Shown here: piece by piece, positions 13,161 to 25,984 of the stretch
Layout: each line of letters opens with the position of its first letter
How positions within the stretch are numbered: position 1 is the first letter of the stretch
Assembly (NCBI RefSeq): GCF_001194135.2
Contig: NC_069006.1
Span: 16,477,763-16,541,762 of the forward strand
Direction of reading: 5' to 3'
Length of the DNA: 64,000 bases
Source of the DNA: Octopus bimaculoides
Taxonomy: Eukaryota
The notes under the pieces: model-generated
Told to the model about the DNA's origin: nothing
Seen by the model: the letters and a program-made list of their open reading frames with translations, nothing else
The model's database searches: none
Program-made: the position numbers and the translations under genes

Positions 13161-14134
13161 CTGCCCCGTCTGCATATTAAACCACTGCGTATACTTCAAG
13201 ATGTATCGCAACAGCTTTGCCATGTTAATGCTCTTTAACGGGTTGAATAAATTGTCGCATTTAATCCTGGTTTCCTCGTTTCTTACTTTATCTATACACG
13301 CAGCATAATTCAAACCAGCTTTCCCCGTTAAAATGTACAAAAGTGACAATATTATTTATATTTCTGTCTTTTCTTTGGGTTCAGAAAAAACTCGAAAATT
13401 GGTAAAATTTTCCACGTTCCAGATGGTATTTTTGAACAGAATAAACTTTGATACGAATGCACACAACAGTCATCGTTTTAATAAAATTCATCTTACAGCT
13501 ACAAATTTAATTTCATTCAACTTATATATACTGAGCGATGTTAGTATTCACTGAGTTCCCCCACCTCCCAAGTAAATATTGATATATACTGTAATGTGCC
13601 ACCAATGTATTCAGCAATGACTTTGCAAGTGTACAGTGAATCCACTGTAGCAGATTACCTACCATTCACGAAGCTCCGTCATTCTTGCTTCCATTAACAC
13701 TTATAAGAATCACCTTTGCTTCTTTAGAACTATTTTATAATAAGAAATATCGACTCTACTTCAGTTTCTCTATCAAATAACTGTGTAAGTTTCACTTGTT
13801 TTACAAACCGAACGTAAACATTTTTTTTTTTTTTTTTTTTGGTAGTAATGAACTCTCCAAAGTACATTTCCAAATCCTTGCGCACTTAATTTACTATTGT
13901 ATTATACTGTCACTTAAATGACATTCAAATTAACCATCTTTATGATAGCTCAGTAACAAATATTGAATTAATCTTGTCTTAACAACTCTAGACATTCAGC
14001 ATCAATGGATCTCCACAACAAATGGTAACCCTGTTCAAACTTGCAAGATTAGTGATAAGAGAATCACTTATACTGTTGTATAATGTTTTTTATCAATTTG
14101 TCTTTCAGCCAATGTAATTTCAATGATTCTTACA

Positions 14135-14503
14135 CTACCAACCACATGGTTCCGAGTTCAGTCCCACTGCGTGGCATCTTGGGCAAGTGTCTTCTGCTAT
14201 AGCCTCGGGCTGACCAAAGCCTTGTGAGTGGATTTGGTAGACGGAAACTGAAAGAAGCCCGTCGTATATATGTATGTATATATATATATATGTGTGTGTG
14301 TTTGTGTGTATGCGTTTGTCCCCACAACATCGCTTGACAACCGGTGCTGGTGTGTTTACGTCCCCGTAACTTAGCAGTTCGGCAAAAAGAGACCGATAGA
14401 ATAAGTACTAGGCTTACAAAGAATAAGTCCTGGGGTCGATTTGCTCGACTAAAGGCGGTGCTCCAGCATGGCCACAGTCAAAAGACTGAAACAAGTAAAA
14501 GAG
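14135..14503 (+). mobile_element. Major tRNA-derived SINE with internal microsatellite (5'-truncated)
   Basis: ggttccgagttcagtcccactgcgtggcatcttgggcaagtgtc...aagcccgtcg(ta/tg)n...gctccagcatggccacagtc...gactgaaacaagtaaaagag. Family copies are at 15490, 29192, 30474, 46795 and 58478. Confidence 0.85.
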
Positions 14504-15489
14504 TATACACACACACAATCAGTTCTTAGATTGGCCACTGCAAAGCATTAAATCTTCCAATTCCCACAATAAATAGAATTTCCAACTCTTACAAATGAAT
14601 TGGCTGCGTTAACTTCTCTCTTGGATGTAGCTGTATTACATACAACCTGCTGGGCTGAAATTTGAAGCCAATAACAGTTTGCACAATACAAAGTGAAGTA
14701 GTCCAGAAGCCTACAAAAGCAAAATCTCCATTTTCGCAATAAGGTGGGTGTTATTTTGGAATTTCCTTCTATGGTAAGGAGTCCTCTCACTCCCAGCTGT
14801 TGGGTAGCCATTGACTCAACTGAGTTCATCTGTCCTTTGACAAGTTTTTCCGTTTTTCATTCTCCAGGATGTTTTTCATCCAACAAAAACCATCCTTCTT
14901 AACAAGCAAGCTTGACAGGGTTGTCAGTTTTATTGCCAATGGCCCGACCCTTGCAAACAGTTGTACGGGGTCACATATTACCAGTAGCATTATGGCCTGA
15001 CACACACACGTCAATCAGTGTCTCTACATTATCCATATTTCACTACATCAAGGTTTAGCGACTTCCAAAGAAATAATTCTACTGTCATCATTACCATCAC
15101 TACCAACTTTTCCCCCTCATACACACGCCTTCAACCTAGCCACAAAAGAGATCCTAATCAAGAAATGCTGTTATTCAAACCCTAGAAGAATTCATTTTAT
15201 AAAATTCGAGAGCTCCTTCTCAAAATAAACAAACAAATGAATAAAAACAACAAAAAACATCTATTTAAAATTGATTGTGAAATTCTTTGAAGCATTTGAA
15301 CTGCCGTACACATACACTATCTCCTCATTGTACTTAAGGGAGACATATTTTATAAATGAAGATAACTTAGCTGCTGTGTATGATGTGGTGAGACATATTC
15401 AGAATTTCGAATCAGTAGACCAGCAAGATCTAATGGAAGTATATTACAAGATACTGAATGTGATGTGTGTGAGGAGTATATACATCAGT

Positions 15490-15868
15490 GCAGGCATGGC
15501 TGTGTGGTAAGAAGCTTGTTTCCCAACCACATAGTTCCGGGTTCAATCCCACTGTATAGCACCTTGGGCAAGTGTCTTCTACTAGAGCCTGGGGTTAATC
15601 AAAGCCTTGTTGAGTGGATTTAGTAAACGAAAACTGAAAACGTGTGTATATGAGTGTGGTCTATGTGTCCATGTTTGTCCCTCACCACCACTTGACAACT
15701 GGTACTGGTATGTTTGTTTGTGTAGCTTAGCAGTTCAGCAAAAGGGACCAATAGAATAAGAACCAGGCTTAAAAAGTAAGTACTTAGGTCAATTCATTTG
15801 ACTAAAAAATTTTCTTGCGTGGAGCCCCAGCATGGTCACGGTCTAATGAGTGAAACCAGTAAAAGATA
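15490..15868 (+). mobile_element. Major tRNA-derived SINE, older copy
   Basis: A-box tggctgtgtgg, B-box ggttcaatccc and the same body and tail as the 14135 copy. Confidence 0.8.
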
Positions 15869-17261
15869 AGATATATTACAGAATTCAGACATATATTTAT
15901 AATCAAAAGATGGAGAGAGCAGTGTCAATACTCTCATTGTATTGTGTATACAGTAATCTCTCGCTGTATTGCGGTTCACCTATCATGCACTCAGTATATT
16001 GCAGATTTTTCTGGCTAATATATGAAAAATCCTTTTTCCAGTCTCCTCAATATATCCAGGTTTCTGCAGCCAATACGTATTTATATTTTTTTAGATTTTA
16101 ATTATTTCTGGGGGAGGTTTTGGAATGTGACACCCGCAATAGTTGAGGGATTACTGTATAATGAAAGTATACATAAATCCTCTTCTTGCATTAACTATTA
16201 CCTCTCCCCTCCTTTCTTCAGGTTGATTCCCTAAATTTTCAGCAGGTAGTTATTATATTGATTTATTTCTTGTGGAATTCAGCAGAAATTCCATAGTAAT
16301 GCAGTAGGAATCCAGCAGGAATGCAGCAGAAATTCAACAGTAATACAGCAAGAATCCAGATGGAATTCAACAGGAATTTCGGAATTCTTTCCAACCTTCA
16401 ACAACTGGTCAACAGAAAGAGGATGGTAGGAGGGGGAGAGAGAGAGAGAGGTAGGAGTAGCAGTGATAAAAGTGGTGGGAATGTAATAGTGAGAAAGGGA
16501 GAAAGGACTGTAGTAGCAGTGAGAGAGAATAGGAGGAAGAGCAACAGCAGCACTGTGAGTGGAAGCCAGAGGAAGGGACGATGGGGGGAGGCAGTGGCAG
16601 TAATATACAAGAGCAACAGCATTAATATAAGAAAGAGAGAGGAAGGAGGAGATCAACAGTAGAGGGGAGAAATGAGAAGAGCAACAACAAAAGTACACGG
16701 GAGGAGAGGGAGAGTAGCAGTACAGTACAAATGAAGGAGGGGGAGCAACAGCAGCAGTATAAGAGGGGGAGGAAGGGAGTACAGTATTAGCGTGCATGTA
16801 AGCAGACGACATGAGGTACCAAATGCCATTGTTGTGAGAAATACTACATTCATATTGTAACTATGTCATACATGTTGGTGTCATTATTACAATCGACAGC
16901 TACACACATGTATAGTCAAGTGCAATGTCACAGACATACACAAATGCACAGATTTGCACATTTACACACACAATATCCCATCGATAACCAATTGTTTTCA
17001 GGAATGTCTTGAAGAAGAGGAAGAATGGAAAACAGAAAGAATAAGGAGATGGGGGAAGGAGCGGGGAGGGGTAGGGTGGGTGCAAAAACATAGAAAAATT
17101 TATACTGTCTTTGAAAAACCTGCAGAGTGGAATGTGAATAATTCTTGGAATCTATGACAAGGGACATTGAAACTTTGGTATGGTAGAGTAGCAGAGAAGA
17201 AAGGAAGGGGTGGGGGGCACTATGAAGTTGTGACAGTATATGATTGAACATACTGTGTGTG

Positions 17262-17399
17262 TGTATATATATATGTATGTATATATACGTGTGTGTCTGT
17301 GTATATATATGTATGTGTATATATGTATGTATGTATATATATGTGCGTGTATATATGTATGTATGTATATATATGTGTGTGTATATACATATATGTACT

Positions 17400-17448
<49 letters not shown>

Positions 17449-18079
17449 NNNNNNNNNNNNNNNNNNNNNNNNNNNNNNNNNNNNNNNNNNNNNNNNNNNN
17501 NNNNNNNNNNNNNNNNNNNNNNNNNNNNNNNNNNNNNNNNNNNNNNNNNNNNNNNNNNNNNNNNNNNNNNNNNNNNNNNNNNNNNNNNNNNNNNNNNNNN
17601 NNNNNNNNNNNNNNNNNNNNNNNNNNNNNNNNNNNNNNNNNNNNNNNNNNNNNNNNNNNNNNNNNNNNNNNNNNNNNNNNNNNNNNNNNNNNNNNNNNNN
17701 NNNNNNNNNNNNNNNNNNNNNNNNNNNNNNNNNNNNNNNNNNNNNNNNNNNNNNNNNNNNNNNNNNNNNNNNNNNNNNNNNNNNNNNNNNNNNNNNNNNN
17801 NNNNNNNNNNNNNNNNNNNNNNNNNNNNNNNNNNNNNNNNNNNNNNNNNNNNNNNNNNNNNNNNNNNNNNNNNNNNNNNNNNNNNNNNNNNNNNNNNNNN
17901 NNNNNNNNNNNNNNNNNNNNNNNNNNNNNNNNNNNNNNNNNNNNNNNNNNNNNNNNNNNNNNNNNNNNNNNNNNNNNNNNNNNNNNNNNNNNNNNNNNNN
18001 NNNNNNNNNNNNNNNNNNNNNNNNNNNNNNNNNNNNNNNNNNATATATATATATATATATGAATGTATGTATTTATGTG

Positions 18080-18118
<39 letters not shown>

Positions 18119-18155
18119 ATATACATGTGTGTGTGTGTATATACATATATACTTA

Positions 18156-18196
<41 letters not shown>

Positions 18197-18240
18197 GAAT
18201 GTATGTATTTATATATGTGTGTATGTATGTATGTATGTAG
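17262..18240. repeat. Compound (TA)/(TG) microsatellite spanning a gap
   Basis: Direct reading; source of the IYIY pseudo-ORFs. Confidence 0.95.
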
Positions 18241-19357
18241 CCTGTAGCACCTTCCATGCTTTGCTTAACCTCTAGTACCTTCCAACTTTTTGGCTAACAT
18301 ATAACAACTTCTGTTCCTTGCTAAAATGTTGACTCTCTCAATAAGTTTTGTCAAAAATATAGCAATTTGCAATGCCGATTTGTGTGTGCATTCATGCACG
18401 TGTATAATAGTTTCAGTGCATTTAATGTTAACCAAAGAATGCCTTTATGTTGCATAATAATATGAATGCTTTAGATTTGACAACAACACCTCAACAACTA
18501 CACCTGTATCTCAATCAGGATTTAGCCTTTTAGCATCTAAACTGGCCATATCCAGCCCAAATATTTTACCTGTTTTATGTTCAAAGTGACCAGATCTGGC
18601 CTCTCATACCGACCCTACATTGTCATTTATAAAATAAACAATATTGTTGAAATCTCAAAGCTACAAGACAATACGTGATTAAAAACGTGTCTATATAAGT
18701 CTAAATCATCTCATGCTTTCTGTTTGTTGCTTTTTCTTTTCAAAACAACAGAGTTAGATTTGACTGTCATTTCTTGCAGGAGGAGCAACCAGATAGAGAC
18801 AACCTAGTATGACTCATTTAAGGTTTGATTTAACTATAGCCCAACAATGAGAACAACACTGCAAACAAGTGTACTTAAGGAAGATTTGACAAGCAGACAG
18901 AGGCTGGCCTTGTGTAACTCATTTAAGGTTTAGTTTTTATCTATGACCAGACAGCAAGAACAACACTGCAGACAGAGTAAAACAAAAACGTTTTAAGCGG
19001 ATAGCTGTTGAAAGATTGCCTTAGAGAGAGCCGCAAAATTTGAATCAAGGTGTGTAGCTGTGACACTCCTTCCTCAATTGACATTAAAAATCTAGTCTAA
19101 AATTCAGAAACTGGTGCTTCTTTTCACTTTGAAACCATCCCAAAAGATTTCCGCCGGAAGGCATCTGTTTGTTGTTGTGGCAAAAAAAACGTTTGTAACA
19201 ACAGATAGCTGTTAAGAGATTTGCCTTAGAGACAGACACAAAATACTTGACGATTAGAAGAGATTTTAAGTCAAGAAGGTGTGTAGCTATGACACTGTCG
19301 AAAAACATCCTATGTCCTTTACACAGCTCCAGCAAACATATCAAGAGGGGTCAACTG

Positions 19358-19645
19358 CCAGAAAAACTGATATTTTTTGATGAAATCTTCAACTAATACC
19401 TTTCAGAGTATGTAAAAAAAAAAAAAAAATTGGTGAGCTCGCACACATACTTACTGACACACATTACATATATCTACAAAATGAATCTTGAAATTTCAAA
19501 TAAAATTGTGATGTGTGTCAGTATGCATGTATGTATATATGTGCTCACCATTTTTCTTTCAACATCACAGTCCAATATAATTCTAATCTACACACTCTGA
19601 AAGGTATTTGTAGAAAATGTCATTTAAAAATACCCATTTTTCTGA
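19358..19645. mobile_element. Foldback/MITE-like element with nested inverted repeats
   Basis: aatacctttcagagt / actctgaaaggtatt; ggtgagc..actgacacacat / atgtgtgtcagt..gctcacc; outer cagaaaaa / tttttctg. Confidence 0.65.
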
Positions 19646-19728
19646 AAGTTATGAGGAAACAACTCATGTGAATTTTCTGAAACTCCTCTCATATACTTAA
19701 ACACTGCTTGGTGCTGAATACACACACA

Positions 19729-19832
19729 TATATAAGACAAGGCATAAATAATAGTCATTACATATTTCTTTATTCAAATTTTCAACAGTAAAGAAATATG
19801 TGATGACCATTATTTATGTTTTGTCTTGTATA
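19729..19832 (+). other. 44-bp-stem hairpin (MITE-like or pre-miRNA-like)
   Basis: Arms 19729-19772 and 19789-19832 pair with one A-C mismatch and four G-U pairs. Confidence 0.75.
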
Positions 19833-20026
19833 TCACTATGTAAAAGCAGGATAGCTGGAACAATGCTGAACGGTGATGAATTATAATCTCAGACTCTGCC
19901 ACAAGAATACACAGAGTTCTTTATAAGCTCTGTTAGTACACCAGGCTAAGCAATATTTAGATTAGTAAAGTATTTTGCACAGATTGATAATCCCTCACTA
20001 ATGACTATATATATGTGTGTGTGTGT

Positions 20027-20154
20027 GTCATGGTGCTGTTTTTCTCACAGACAGTGCCCAACTGACCCTACTATGTAGTTGACGAAATCAAAAACAATGC
20101 GCATGTGTGAAATTAAAAATATAAAATGGTGACAATTCACCCATCACACCCTGT
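20027..20154 (-). mobile_element. 5' end fragment of the maT-like element at 44565-45825
   Basis: catggtgctgtttttctcacagac...ggtgacaatt.acccatcacaccctg matches 45715-45825. Confidence 0.8.
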
Positions 20155-20155
20155 A

Positions 20156-20222
<67 letters not shown>

Positions 20223-21884
20223 GTATGTATATATGAAAGGCAGAGTTGTTAGAGCATTGGAGATATTGCTTTGTGATATTCACTCTGACTTTCTGCACTC
20301 TGAATTCAAATCCCAGCGAGGCCACCATTGCCTTTCATTTTCTCAGATATTTAGCAAAATAGTGACAACTAAAGACATGTTTTCAGTCTTATTAAACCTA
20401 ATCAGTGGAGTGTAGTCTAGCAATGAGTAAAATGTAATTATTGAAGTATAGTTTCAGTAAGTACATTCTTTATTTCCTTGTAATGAAATTGTGATAAATA
20501 AAGATTTGTTAATCATATATTATTGTGACTAACAGGAAAAAAAAGTACTGAATTATAAAGGATCCGCAAGTCTGAATTTTAAACCAATGGGAAAACAAAC
20601 AGGATGGTTTGGAAAAAAAGAGGCCAACAATTTAGTCAAAACTTTTTGAAGTAGTTTTGATACAATGAAGTGTTTCTTGATTTTTTTTAAAACAAGTTCA
20701 GTGTATGATATCCTAATGTACGAAATGATGGTGTGTAATACAACACACATACCATAATAGATGGGAAATGGAAATAAAGACAAAAGGAATATATTACATT
20801 TCATTTGAACATTATAAATAATAATTAAAGTAATGAAACAAATATTTTATTAATAGACAATGCATGATTTGTACACAATGGCAACACAATCTTAAAGATA
20901 AGTGGATCTCTATCTGTCCATCACAACATCTATTAGAGGAAGGGAAAGAAGAGGAGGAATCAAAATATACGTCACAAAGCATTTTTAGAAGAGGAGGAAA
21001 AGTTGTTAAGAAAGGAATACAGTGTGAGAGAGAGTGGGGGGAGGATACAGATAGATAGATAGACAGTGTTGTCACCATAGTAATTAACAAGTTTTGATTA
21101 AAAACATGGGAATTTTTAAGTGCAAGCCTATCAACACAACACAACACAGCTTTCGAAAACAATTTTCATTATAGGATAACAATATAGTTATTGTTTTGGT
21201 TGTTTGTGTGAGTGTGTTTCTGTTTATCTTCAAAACATAGAGACATATATTATTTACATTTGATGGATATTTGTCCTCATTTGAAAAATCAAATGGCTAT
21301 GGAGGTCCACCAGAATGAAATAGTAATTAAAGGGATCCTCTAGATCTAATTTCAAATATTTACACTGTGTATGTACGGGCATATGTACGTACATACACAC
21401 ATACATACATACATGCATTAGTTTGTTGTTGGTTTAGGACTGACCTGGGGTTAAACAACAACACTCAACTGCATGTTAACAATAATCCAGTTCCAATTAT
21501 AATTTTTCAGAACTATTAAACCCATCTTAGAGGTGAAAAGATTTCCACTTTAAGCCATATTCCAATCAGTTTAATCTATGATAGTCATCAGGTGTCTTAT
21601 TCCTTTTTGGATGCATACAATTCAAACTAGGAAATAGGAATCTAATCTGGTACTATGCCTATATGCAAGAATAAGACACCTGGCAACTATCAGAGACTAA
21701 ACTGATGGAAATGTAGTATAGATGTAAATATAAACTCTATAGATAACGAGTTTTAACCCTGTATGATACTGTATACACAACTAGAAATAAGGCACCTGAT
21801 GTTTAATTGAAAAGTAATTTAGTTGCAAATATAGTCTAGAGATAACTGGTATTAATTCAGTTTTGTGCTATGTACACACCTAGG

Positions 21885-21917
<33 letters not shown>

Positions 21918-22169
21918 AGATACAAGGGGTTTTCGTCAGGGTGACTCAAACTAATAGGTATGTGCTCTGAGTGCTAAAACTGGTATACCAGTAAAATTCT
22001 AGTTTGAACTACAGTTGAAGATGTGGTTTTATGACTGCCTTTCTAAAGCGGTTAGAAGTGGTTTTCCCCTGAGCCAGTGGGTAAGATTAAAGCAGAAATG
22101 AAAAGGCAAACAGTTTGGCAATACTTGACAAGGACATTTAATTTAGTATATAATAAAAAGGTTTACGTA

Positions 22170-22246
22170 GTCCCTAACAGCTGTTTCTAGAATATCCCAG
22201 CCATTGGAACGTTGTGTTGAATGAAGATTTCATCAGACAGTGGAAG
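22170..22246 (-). ncRNA. Decayed type I hammerhead-ribozyme-like motif
   Basis: The - strand reads CUGAUGA (22236-22230), a 42-nt helix II region, GAAA (22187-22184), palindromic ACAGCUGU and a GUU triplet. Helices I and II pair poorly. Confidence 0.4.
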
Positions 22247-22882
22247 AATATTCCTCAACAATGATATTATTGTAGTTCATTTTGTCTAGAAAGGGTTTTT
22301 TTTAATTGGATTTCTCTTCCCTTTCTAGACAAAATGAACCCAATGTTGGTTTGTTTACACCTCTGTAACCAACTAGTTCAGTAAAAGTGACCGATAGAAT
22401 AAGTTCCAGACTGGAAATTGTAAAGTATTAGGATCAATTTGACTAAAGGTAGTGCTCCAACATGGTCGTAGTCCACTGAACTGAAACAAGTAAAAGGTAA
22501 AAGGAAAAAAGAAAGGTGATGGGGTAGTAAAAAAAAGATTTTAAGATCTGTGGTTGAGTATCTCATCGCATTGTAACCGTAAGACTCTCTCAACAGCCTG
22601 AGAGCATTTGTGCCTCACTAGATTCCAGTGTTTAGATTGTCTGACTGACCACGTAGTGATAGGACGATCTGACCACAATGTCTTACTGCTTATGCAGTCG
22701 ACCCAAGGCTATAATACAAGACATATTTGCCCAAGGTACCACACAGAAGGGCTGAACCTGGAATCATGTGGTTGGAAAGCAAACTTCTTACCACACAGCC
22801 ACGCCTGCACCTGTTTACCTAAATTTTTAAAATTAAGTTTGTCTAACTCAAATAGCAGCTAAAAAAAACAAAAAAAAACTGC

Positions 22883-23155
22883 TTGGATCTTTATGGTTTG
22901 ACAGCCAACATTTTTTTATGTAGTGTTTTTGGTACCGAAACACTTTCAAACTTCGAATACTTGTATATTTTGTGTTATAGAACAGATAAAAAATTTTGTA
23001 TTCGACAACTTTAACATGAAATAACTTAAGAAGTAATTTTTGTTAAGAAGGCTAAGAGAAAAAGATGTTTTATATGACACATTCTACCAGTATCCCAAGT
23101 TTGAAAGTGTTTCGTTAAGAAAACAAGTGTTGGCTGTCAAACCATAAAGATCCAA
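22883..23155. mobile_element. MITE with perfect 28-bp terminal inverted repeats
   Basis: ttggatctttatggtttgacagccaaca (22883-22910) / tgttggctgtcaaaccataaagatccaa (23128-23155), plus a subterminal IR gaaacactttcaaactt. No clear TSD, so the superfamily is unassigned. Confidence 0.85.
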
Positions 23156-24414
23156 AACTACAACAAAAACACCTTTAGTGAATTTGAACCCAAGATGCAT
23201 GAGTTCGTACTGTCACCCTCCCTATTCTGCATTTTCTGGGTTGTTCTGCTGTGTTCTTTCAAAATGCTTCTAAGTGGAATTCTATTGGTTGGTTCTAGAA
23301 AATATGAACCGTTTAACTTGCCAGCAATGACATCAAAACATTTAACGGCTGTTTTACATAATTGGAACATTTGCTGTATCCAATAGCAACCACCGTCGAT
23401 CTCAGGTCAATGAAAGGTCAACAGGAAGTTAGGGTGAGCCTGACAGAATAATTGCCCATTTATTACCCCACTCTCCTGCCTCTTTCTCCTCATTTTCTAC
23501 TGATTAAAATGATTTCTTAAATAAGCACCACCAGAGTCATTGATGATTAGGCCAGAGGGAGAGAGAGAGAGATTGTTGTTTAACCCCAGGCTAGCTCTAA
23601 TCGAGATGTTCCGTGATGGAAAGTGTTTTAGTGATGATGATTCCATTTATTTTTCGGGGCTCAGTGTATCTTTGGAGTCAGTTCACTGATCACGATGTTC
23701 TTCATTCTCTAAAGATGGTAGTTAGTAAGTTTGAAGATTTGGCTGCTATATCTAGCAGATCGAATGGGCACTTAGAATTTCTCTCGTTAATAATAATAAT
23801 AATAATTTTGGTACAATGCCTGAAATGTTAGGGGAAGGGCTAAGCCAGTCCTACTACTGAACCATGTATGCTTCTAATAATAACAGTAATAATAATAATA
23901 ATAATTATTATTGTTATTCAGTGATCCTGTTGTGTATTACTTGCATTTTCCCATGATTAAGATTTCATAGCTAATTAATAAGTTCTCATTATCATTCAAA
24001 AATTTCCTGTTGATAACTAGTTTATTTGATAATTAAGTTCTTATACAATTAAGCTGGTATGTTTATTTTATATAAACAGACTGTGTTTTACCACAATTAC
24101 CACCACCACCACCACCACAGTCACCAGTGCTACCACTACCACCACTACATCCTGCCGCACTCCAGTATCAAGTGACACACCTAATGAATATTATATAGAA
24201 ATATATTCAAATTTCCAGGAATTTTATCCATGTCAGTTGAGATGGATGACCCTTCTCATTTGTAACGGCTACTTTGTCTTCTGTCTGATGAGCCAGAACT
24301 GATGAGCCAGAACTGATGAGCCAGAACTGATGAGGCAAGCTGCCTCCATAAGTCATTCAACATACTTAAACATCTGGATTGAATCTCCAACTAATCACAC
24401 TCTATTTTCTTCAG

Positions 24415-25525
24415 AAAAGAAGGACACATTTGATAATGTAGTCCAAGATGAACTATGCCAGCATAAAAGACAATCTCAGTCATGGTTTTAGAGCACCTTT
24501 GATTATAGGCCTACTGGATGAGGATTGACCTGGGCTAAACGTCAAGGAAGAACACATTTGATAATGTAGTCCAAGATAAACTATGTCTAAATACAAGACA
24601 GGATGGTTACAAGTGTAGTGCCTTTAATCAAAGATCTGACCTGGAGCTAAATATTAACAACATGCAAGGACACATATAATGTACTCCTCGTCGTCGTTTA
24701 ACGTCCGCCTTCCATGCTAGCATGGGTTGGACGATTTGACTGAGGACTGGTGGAACCAGATGGCTACACCAGGCTCCAATCTGATTTGGCCTATGTCTGA
24801 ATAAAAGGAAATAAGAGGAGAGTGCCCATGATATTTGTAGGTCCTGGGCTTTTCTTTCTTACAGCTCTAGCAAGTAGAATATCTTATATAATGGTCACAA
24901 TAGAACATCTTTAATTATAGACCTGTTGGATCTGTGCTGACCTAGAGCTAAACAACAAAGAAGAGCTCATTAGATAATGTAGACCTAGATGCTCTATAGG
25001 TGAGTTAAAGACAGGATGGTCATGGTTAGAACACTTTTGATTATAGGTCTTCAAATAGAAGAAGCTACAATAGGATGGCCGACTAGGAATAGCAGAATAC
25101 TATACAATAGAAATGGACAGGAAAAAAGTTAGAATTCATAGCAAGAAGGGAAAAAGGGTAAAATCGGAAAGCTTTTTACCTTCCTGATTTTTATTAATGG
25201 GGAAATGAAATAATTTGCATCAATACATTAGTTCTTTCCTCAATATGATGTTGGATAAGTTATAAAAAACTTAACCATGGCAACTTGTGGCCACTCCACT
25301 TTTTTTTTTAGTCTTTCAATCCTCGAAAGCCCACCCCTGTGAGTAACACTGCTGTATGTGGTCACTCTCAAATTTCACCCACCCAATGACTTTAAAATGA
25401 AAGGACATGTTAGCTAAAACACTATATGAGAAGCAGCAACAAGACAGGATGATCATGGCTGGTGTGCCTTTGGACACAGATCTGTCTGTGGATCAGAGCT
25501 AACCTGGGTCTGAACAACAAACATT
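24415..25525 (+). repeat. Array of 4-5 diverged, approximately 125-bp units (SINE-tail-like: ...agacaggatggtcatgg...gacctggggctaaacaacaa), interrupted by an RTE tail at 24686-24790
   Basis: Units start near 24419, 24548, 24960 and 25397, with a partial unit at 24900. Isolated copies are at about 5770, 21435 and 23580. Confidence 0.6.
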
Positions 25526-25927
25526 TTCTATAAGCAGCAGTCTTTCATAGAAACACCTCCCACACAGCAGTGGATATACTAGGATGTGTGTGTGTGTGTG
25601 TGTGCGCACATATGTGCACTTGCATGTGCATGTTCACTCTTTCTTCTTACCCACCCTACCTTCTACTTACTGTTAACTATATATAATTGGGTTATACTAA
25701 CAGACATATAGCTTCTCCCAGAAGTTAATTACAGCAAATTACATAGATGATGATGGTGGCTGGCGGTGGTGGTTTTAGTGTTGGCAGAAGTGATTATATT
25801 GAAAGTAAATGTTTGCCTTGTCTGTCTTGCCTTCTGCCTTTGTTTCCTCCTTCCTCCTATATCTATGAACTCCATTGGGTCTGGTTATCCATCTACTCAT
25901 CCGGCCATTTATCCTCTCACCCACCTT

Positions 25928-25984
<57 letters not shown>

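Noticed and set aside
14520-15014. Possible coding or transposase fragment (ORFs 14548..14829 and 14826..15014)
   Set aside because: No motif that I recognise in any frame and no convincing splice sites; left unannotated.
18530-18700. piggyBac-type MITE (ttagccttttagcat start)
   Set aside because: Only one end resembles TTAACCCT; no matching right TIR was found, so it was not listed.
18781-18822. Candidate extra CUB-gene exon after a tttcttgcag acceptor
   Set aside because: Stop codons appear in all three frames within 40 nt; the segment is part of a local duplication of about 115 bp.
24285-24345. Tandem CTGATGAG units as hammerhead cores
   Set aside because: No downstream GAAA, helix III or helix I; it is a 14-bp tandem repeat.
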